Below, in pieces: positions 27,283-32,000 of a stretch of DNA of 32,000 nt. The notes below the pieces were generated by a model that made no database searches, was not told the DNA's origin, and was given only the letters and a program-made list of their open reading frames with translations. The DNA lies in assembly GCF_000196555.1 (NCBI RefSeq), contig NC_015067.1:1-32000 (forward strand), given 5' to 3'. The DNA is from Bifidobacterium longum subsp. longum JCM 1217 (GTDB lineage Bacteria; Actinomycetota; Actinomycetes; Actinomycetales; Bifidobacteriaceae). Within the stretch, counting starts at the first letter, position 1. Each line of letters starts with the position of its first letter. The position numbers and the translations under genes were made by a program.

Positions 27283-27648
27283 ATGGCCGCCGGACACCCG
27301 CTCACCGACGAAGACCGCTGGCCTTGGCTCGACACCATCGCCGCGTGGATCGACGAGCGCGTGGCCGCCGGCGAGCCCGCCGTGGTCACCTGCTCGGCGT
27401 TGAAGAAGATCTACCGCGACAAGCTGCGCCGTCAAGGCGTGGTGTTCGTCTACATGCAGGGCACATTCGACGAGGTGATGGAACGCCTTTCCCACCGCCA
27501 AGGCCACTTCATGAAGCCGAGCATGCTGCAATCCCAGTCCGACATTCTCGAAGAGCCGGGCGATGACGAAATTCACGTCAACGTACACATCGGCCAGGCC
27601 GATCCCGAACACGAGGCCATGGCCGTGGCCGGTGCCCTCGGCCTGTGA
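27283..27648 (+). pseudogene. gntK: gluconokinase (GntK) relic lacking an intact P-loop
   Basis: MAAGHPLTDEDRWPWLD...CSALKKIYRDKLR...GHFMKPSMLQSQSDILE matches the GntK/shikimate-kinase-like family. Upstream homology (SGFSAGDVADGLIGFVDDL) lies in another frame, with GKS degraded to GFS. Confidence 0.7.
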
Positions 27649-27906
27649 GCCATCTCTCGGTTCCCCTTAGTCTCACTTCGCCACACGTGCGGCGCATCGA
27701 CGAACTCGAACGGCGCATCAGCGAACTTCAGCTGGAGCTGAAGCAGTGTGAAGGCCAGCAAGGGCGAACCGGATCGGTCCAAACGGGCTACTCAGGCCGA
27801 CCAGCCCAGCCAGTCCGTTCAGACCGACCTAACTGATCAGAGCGGGCCCTCTGACCAGTCCGAACCATCTGACCGACATGTACTTGTTGACTAAGTGTGC
27901 GGCCCG

Positions 27907-29220
27907 TCATTCGTTATGGAACATGCCGGCCATGTATACAGGCAGGTAGGTTACATTCCCTTCGACTGAGACGTTGCACGGGCCAAGCACATAGCCTGTA
28001 TTGAGATGGTATTCAGGGTGGACGAGCACGTTGTCCATTGCGCGATGGCGTTTGTAGGATTTGCCGGACTTCACCTCAATCGGCAGCACGTGATCGTTGC
28101 GGTCTTGGATGAGGAAATCGAGCTCGCCAAGCTTCTTACTGTTGTAGTAGTACAGGTCAAATCCGTGAGCGCGTAGCTCTTGGGCCACCGCATTTTCATA
28201 GATTGAACCGTAGTTGATATCAGGGTTGCCGTCGAGTACGTCGAGCGCGGTTTTCTTGAGAAACGAGCCGGTAAGCAGACCCACGTCGTTGTAAAAGAGT
28301 TTGAAGAGGTTACGTTCCTTGCTCATCTCCAACGGTGTGCACGGTTCGTCCACGTTGTACGCGGCGACGGCTACATCCGCATTGACCAGCCAATCGAAAT
28401 CGGAAGCAACCGATTGGAATCTCATGTTCTTTTCGATTTTGGCGAAGGTAAAGCGCTTGTTTGGGTTATTTAACTCGCTGGGCACCAAATCGTAGATAGC
28501 GCGGATATGCAGCCGGTCTTCTTTGCGCGCGTATTGGCTGATATCGCGGCGATATTCACGCTTTATGTTCTCTTGTATAGTGCGCACGTCCGCAACGCTG
28601 CCGTTTGCCACGAACGAGTCGACTGCGGCAGGCATGCCGCCGATGACCAGATATTTGGAGTATAGCTCCATGAGCCTTTGATGAATGAACTCATCCACTT
28701 CCTGGTGCTTGGCAAAGCATTCGGCAAGCATATCGAATACGTCGTTGCCGATATGCTGCGACCAGCAGAACTCTTGGAAATCCAGTGGATACATATCCAG
28801 CTCGGTCAGGTACCCGACCGGTACCGAGCGTATATCTTCGAGCTCGACTCCAAGTAGCGAGCCGGAAAGCGCGTAATCGAACCGACCATCATCTACAAGG
28901 AACTTAATTGCGGTGACCATTTCCTTGCAACGCTGGACCTCGTCAAAGAAAATCAGGGTTTTGCCGGGTACTAATGGCGTATTTACGGCCAGTTCCAGCC
29001 TCATCAGTAGGTTTTTGGCATCGCGGGGCCGATCGAATAATGCAACGAGGTCAGGGTTCTCGATGAAATTGAGCTCGGCGATATGGTCGTAATGCTGTTG
29101 GGCAAAGTGCCTGATGATATAGGTTTTGCCAATCTGACGGGCTCCGGTGACCAGCAGTGCAGTGCGTTTCGGCGCGGATCTCCAAGCTTCCAGCTGTGTC
29201 TCGATTTTTCTTCGCAGCAT
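27907..29220 (-). CDS. AAA+ ATPase fused to a DUF4143 / PD-(D/E)xK-like domain (COG1373-type; uncharacterised)
   Basis: 437 aa with Walker A TGARQIGKTYI, Walker B LIFFDEVQ and a C-terminal ELDFLI...PIEVKSGK nuclease-fold-like motif. GGAG lies 7 nt upstream of the ATG. By eye its G+C is visibly lower than that of its neighbours. Confidence 0.9.
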   Translation of the reverse strand: MLRRKIETQLEAWRSAPKRTALLVTGARQIGKTYIIRHFAQQHYDHIAELNFIENPDLVALFDRPRDAKNLLMRLELAVNTPLVPGKTLIFFDEVQRCKEMVTAIKFLVDDGRFDYALSGSLLGVELEDIRSVPVGYLTELDMYPLDFQEFCWSQHIGNDVFDMLAECFAKHQEVDEFIHQRLMELYSKYLVIGGMPAAVDSFVANGSVADVRTIQENIKREYRRDISQYARKEDRLHIRAIYDLVPSELNNPNKRFTFAKIEKNMRFQSVASDFDWLVNADVAVAAYNVDEPCTPLEMSKERNLFKLFYNDVGLLTGSFLKKTALDVLDGNPDINYGSIYENAVAQELRAHGFDLYYYNSKKLGELDFLIQDRNDHVLPIEVKSGKSYKRHRAMDNVLVHPEYHLNTGYVLGPCNVSVEGNVTYLPVYMAGMFHNE

Positions 29221-29262
29221 GAGAATCTCCAGTCATTTGTAGGCCTTGCATCTATGCTGGGC

Positions 29263-29372
29263 ACGTTTTCCAACTGTTTATAGCGCATATTTTACACTTT
29301 TCCAACCATAAGAATGCGGTTTTGGCTACGTTTTCCAACCTCAAAATGGGGAGTTTTATACACTTTTCCAAC
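29263..29372. repeat. four iteron-like direct repeats (core TTTTCCAAC) at 32-33-bp spacing, upstream of the ATPase gene
   Basis: The core sits at 29266, 29298, 29331 and 29364. Two flavours alternate, ACGTTTTCCAAC and ACACTTTTCCAAC, so the array is a duplicated module of about 65 bp. Confidence 0.8.
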
Positions 29373-29411
29373 TTATGTATGTGGAGACTCTCTATTTCAC
29401 GTGAGACGAAA

Positions 29412-29438
29412 GTGGCTCCCCTCTTTGAGGGGAGCCAC
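29412..29438 (-). terminator. dps terminator hairpin
   Basis: GTGGCTCCCCTC (29412-29423) pairs with GAGGGGAGCCAC (29427-29438). On the minus strand it is followed by TTTCGTCTC. It lies 17 nt after the dps stop. Confidence 0.7.
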
Positions 29439-29454
29439 GGAATACTGCTTTTAC

Positions 29455-29934
29455 TTATGCCAGGTGAGAGCGCATGAACCACTGGAACTTTTCGAGTTCC
29501 TGCACGTGGTCCTGGATGATGTTGGAGCTGATCACATCCAGCTCGTCCAGCTCGGCGATGGCCTTGCGGTCGTCGGCGATGAAGGCGTCGTAGTACTCGA
29601 TCAGCGCCTTGAGATACTCCTCGGTGCCCACGCGGCCCTCAGCGTCGAACGATTTCCACGTGCGGTTGCGCACGATGGCGTCAGCACGGCCATCCGGGGT
29701 GCCGCCCAGAGTGGCAATGCGCTCGGCGGTCTCGTCGGCCTGGGCCAGCACGGCCTCGACCTCGGGGTCAAGCATCTCGTGAACGGCGATGAAGTTCGGG
29801 CCGGTCACGTTCCAGTGTGCGTGCTTCAGGACCAGAGCGGCCTCCTGCTCCTGGCTCAGTCGGTTCTGCAGGATGGCGATGGCCTTCTCACTGGCCGCTT
29901 CATCAAGGCCCGGCACAACAAATGCAAGTGTCAT
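29455..29934 (-). CDS. dps: Dps family DNA-protection / ferritin-like protein
   Basis: 159 aa with ferroxidase-centre residues in KHAHWNVTGPNFIAVHEMLD and ...DETAERI... Confidence 0.93.
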   Translation of the reverse strand: MTLAFVVPGLDEAASEKAIAILQNRLSQEQEAALVLKHAHWNVTGPNFIAVHEMLDPEVEAVLAQADETAERIATLGGTPDGRADAIVRNRTWKSFDAEGRVGTEEYLKALIEYYDAFIADDRKAIAELDELDVISSNIIQDHVQELEKFQWFMRSHLA

Positions 29935-30030
29935 AATGTTCCTTCTTTCAGTAGGTGGAACGTTGCCCTTTCATTCTACGTTTTTTGGTTATGCCCCGGG
30001 CCGAACGAATAGGTGGTGAATATCACGCGA

Positions 30031-31374
30031 CTATTTGGCATCGTCGCTTTGTGATTCGGCCGGCAGCGGCGCATGGTCCGGGGCGCCGGCTTTGCGGACT
30101 TCGATGGTTTCGATGCGGCGGCCATCCACCTTGGTGACGACCATGTTGTAGCCGTCGTCGGAATGCAGCACGTCGCCTACCGCTCCCATCTTGCCGGTCT
30201 TGGACAAGAAGTAGCCGGCGACCGTCTCGTACGGGCCGTCCTCCAATTCGATGCCGGTCAGATCGGCGAAGTCCTCAATGGTCATGCTGGCCTCGATCGT
30301 GGCCACGCCATTGACGAACGCGGTGCTGGTGGTGCGTTCGCCGCCCTTCTCGCTGGGCAGATCGTACTCATCGCGAATATCGCCCACAAGCTCCTCGGTC
30401 ATATCCTCAAGCGTCACGATGCCGTCCGTGCCGCCGTACTCGTCGATGACCACGGCCAGATGGATGCCGCGCTTACGCAGCAGTTCCAGGCTTGGCAGCA
30501 GCTTGGAGGTGCCGGGCAGGGAGATGCCTTCGCGCACCACATCGCGCACGATCTTGGCGTTCGGATCGCGCACGTCCAGCAGATCGCGCACATGCACGAA
30601 GCCGATCACGTCGTCGAAATCCTTGCCGGTCACCGGGTAACGGGAGTACGGCTGGTCGCGTACGAACGCGGCGGCCTCGGCCAAGGGCTGGTCGCCCTCG
30701 ATGAAGACCACGTCGGCACGTGGGCGCATCACCTCGGCGACGATGGTTTCGGACGCGTCGAACACATCGTCCAGAATCGTGCGTTCGTCCTTGGAGAGGT
30801 TGGTGTTGGAGCTGACCAGCACGCGCAGCTCGTCGTCGGACACCTCGGACTCGGTCTGCTGCGGGTCGAAGCCGAGCAGGCGGACGATGCCGTTCGTGTT
30901 CTTGCCGATGAGCCAGATGATCGGGCGGCAGACGGCGGCGAAGGCGTCGATGGCGGGCACCACGGCGCGCGCGATCTGCTCGGTGCGCTGCATGGCGATG
31001 CGCTTGGGCACCATCTCGGAGATCACGATGGAACAGTAGGAGATGATGAGGGTCAGGATGATGTTCACCAGGCCGCCGGCGATGCCGGGGTGCACGCCCC
31101 AGCTTTCGACCGCCGGAATCAGGTAGGGGGCGATGGAAGAGGCGCCGAACGAGGCGGACAGGAAGCCGGAGAGCGTCACGCCGATCTGCACGGTGGACAG
31201 GAAGGTGTTCGGGTCACGTGCGATTTTGGCGACTTTGGCGCCGCGAGCGTCCTCCTGCTCCATTTGCTCGATCTGCGAGCCGCGCAGAGAGACCAATGCC
31301 AACTCGGTGCCGGAGAACACGGAACCGATAACGAGAAATACAAAAATCAGGAGGATGTTCAAACCAAGTGACAT
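30031..31374 (-). CDS. CNNM/CorC-HlyC family membrane protein (DUF21 plus CBS pair plus CorC_HlyC)
   Basis: It has an N-terminal DUF21 TM region (SGTELALVSL, ISEMVPKRIA), CBS-pair sequence, and a C-terminal transporter-associated domain (ETVAGYFL...VTKVDGRRIETIEV). I preferred the ATG at 31374 to the TTG at 31404. Confidence 0.9.
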   Translation of the reverse strand: MSLGLNILLIFVFLVIGSVFSGTELALVSLRGSQIEQMEQEDARGAKVAKIARDPNTFLSTVQIGVTLSGFLSASFGASSIAPYLIPAVESWGVHPGIAGGLVNIILTLIISYCSIVISEMVPKRIAMQRTEQIARAVVPAIDAFAAVCRPIIWLIGKNTNGIVRLLGFDPQQTESEVSDDELRVLVSSNTNLSKDERTILDDVFDASETIVAEVMRPRADVVFIEGDQPLAEAAAFVRDQPYSRYPVTGKDFDDVIGFVHVRDLLDVRDPNAKIVRDVVREGISLPGTSKLLPSLELLRKRGIHLAVVIDEYGGTDGIVTLEDMTEELVGDIRDEYDLPSEKGGERTTSTAFVNGVATIEASMTIEDFADLTGIELEDGPYETVAGYFLSKTGKMGAVGDVLHSDDGYNMVVTKVDGRRIETIEVRKAGAPDHAPLPAESQSDDAK

Positions 31375-31452
31375 GGCTTCAACTCTAGGGGAGTGGCACG
31401 TCAAATTGGGGTGTGCTGGCTGGGCAGTAAGAAACTCGGCAAAGGGAAGGGC

Positions 31453-31633
31453 ACTCTTATCATTACTGCGGCCGACGTGTCGACCGGTGTTTCCGATGCG
31501 TTGCTCGCCTTCGACGATGCCGTATGCGCTCCAGCGCTGGACGGCATTACTAGTGCAGAGAGGCTGTTTCTCGCGGCTATGGCCAAGGATTCGCCAAATC
31601 CCACGCAGGTTGGCGATGTTGCGGATCGCACGC
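31453..31633 (+). pseudogene. possible relic of the C-terminal winged-helix part of an ATP-binding protein gene
   Basis: The frame reads ...GVSDALLAFDDAVCAPALDGITSAERLFLAAMAKDSPNPTQVGDVADRT. This resembles the C-terminal HTH tails of large actinobacterial ATPases, recognised from memory only. No N-terminal part is present. Confidence 0.3.
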
Positions 31634-32000
31634 TCAGAAGCTCAGCACTTCTACTTTGCCGGAATCGAGCTGATAGCGGGCGCCGACGATCATGAGCTTG
31701 TCAGCGGCGAGGGCCTGCTGGATGACAGGAGACTGCTCCACCAAAGTTTCAATAATGTGGGCCACATGCACGCGCTCGATATCTTCATGCGCGTCGAGCT
31801 CGGCTTCGCGCGCCTGCCAGACGGACATGCCGGCCTGGCGCAGAATAATCGATTCGGCGGCGGCGATGTGCTCGTCGAGGTCGTCCATCGCATCCGCGGC
31901 CTCCAGTGAGCCGTCGGCTTCGGAAGTGATGGTGTGCATCAGGTCGTCCAGCTCCTGCTCGGCGGCCTCGATTGCGCCGCAGTGCTCGTGACCGAGCACA
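31634..32000 (-). CDS. beta-class carbonic anhydrase (C-terminal part; the gene continues beyond the window)
   Basis: LGHEHCGAI is the HxxC zinc-ligand motif, and the C-terminus has LMIVGARYQLDSGKVEVL. The ORF is open to the window edge. Confidence 0.85.
   Translation of the reverse strand, partial: VLGHEHCGAIEAAEQELDDLMHTITSEADGSLEAADAMDDLDEHIAAAESIILRQAGMSVWQAREAELDAHEDIERVHVAHIIETLVEQSPVIQQALAADKLMIVGARYQLDSGKVEVLSF

Noticed and set aside
27645-27906. Small ORF 27645..27836 (coiled-coil-like RIDELERRISELQLELKQ) and an overlapping S/D/Q-rich frame reaching 27893.
   Set aside because: It has no ATG and no RBS. The signal is split across two frames and there is no recognisable family. It may be another gene relic, but the evidence is too thin to call a CDS.
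29263-29372. TTTTCCAAC repeats as DnaA boxes or a secondary origin; compare TTTTCCACA (TGTGGAAAA) in oriC.
   Set aside because: The last two positions differ from every box variant seen in the oriC of this window, and the CACA end is the most conserved part of DnaA boxes. There is no adjacent AT-rich unwinding element either. I kept it only as a remote possibility inside the iteron finding.

Overview
The window looks like the first 32 kb of a high-G+C actinobacterial chromosome, starting at the dnaA start codon. Gene content and the IS21/IS30/ISL3 load suggest Bifidobacterium, but I cannot verify that without a database.

- **1-10.7 kb:** the canonical origin cluster dnaA, oriC DnaA boxes, dnaN, recF, DUF721, gyrB, gyrA, DUF3566. 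All of these genes are intact.
- **10.8-11.2 kb:** six tandem hairpin-forming units of about 52 bp, ending in a strong intrinsic terminator. This is a candidate structured ncRNA.
- **11.4-13.7 kb:** a secreted, LPXTG-like-anchored CE8 pectinesterase split by a frameshift.
- **13.7-14.1 kb:** a 119-nt near-perfect hairpin and a 5-copy decamer repeat, between convergent genes.
- **14.1-17.7 kb:** gdhA, then a divergent Lrp/AsnC regulator and aminotransferase pair.
- **18.0-19.6 kb:** a zinc-ribbon membrane protein gene broken by one or two frame disruptions.
- **19.6-20.5 kb:** an ORF-free stretch with a 110-bp ISL3-type MITE and an orphan terminator, then tRNA-Ala and tRNA-Ile on the minus strand.
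- **20.6-26.4 kb:** an IS graveyard. It holds a truncated, frameshifted ISL3 transposase, an IS30-family element split by a complete IS21 element with a perfect 6-bp target duplication, and a 5'-truncated AAA/DUF4143 ATPase.
- **26.4-32 kb:** a DUF45 HExxH metallopeptidase, a gluconokinase relic, a lower-G+C solitary AAA+/PD-(D/E)xK-like ATPase preceded by four iteron-like repeats, dps, a CNNM/CorC-type membrane protein, an ATPase gene relic, and a partial beta-carbonic anhydrase.

I found no CRISPR array, cas genes, rRNA or complete multi-gene defence operon. The most unusual signals are the tandem hairpin array, the iteron-flanked ATPase, the long hairpin, the MITE and the nested IS structure.
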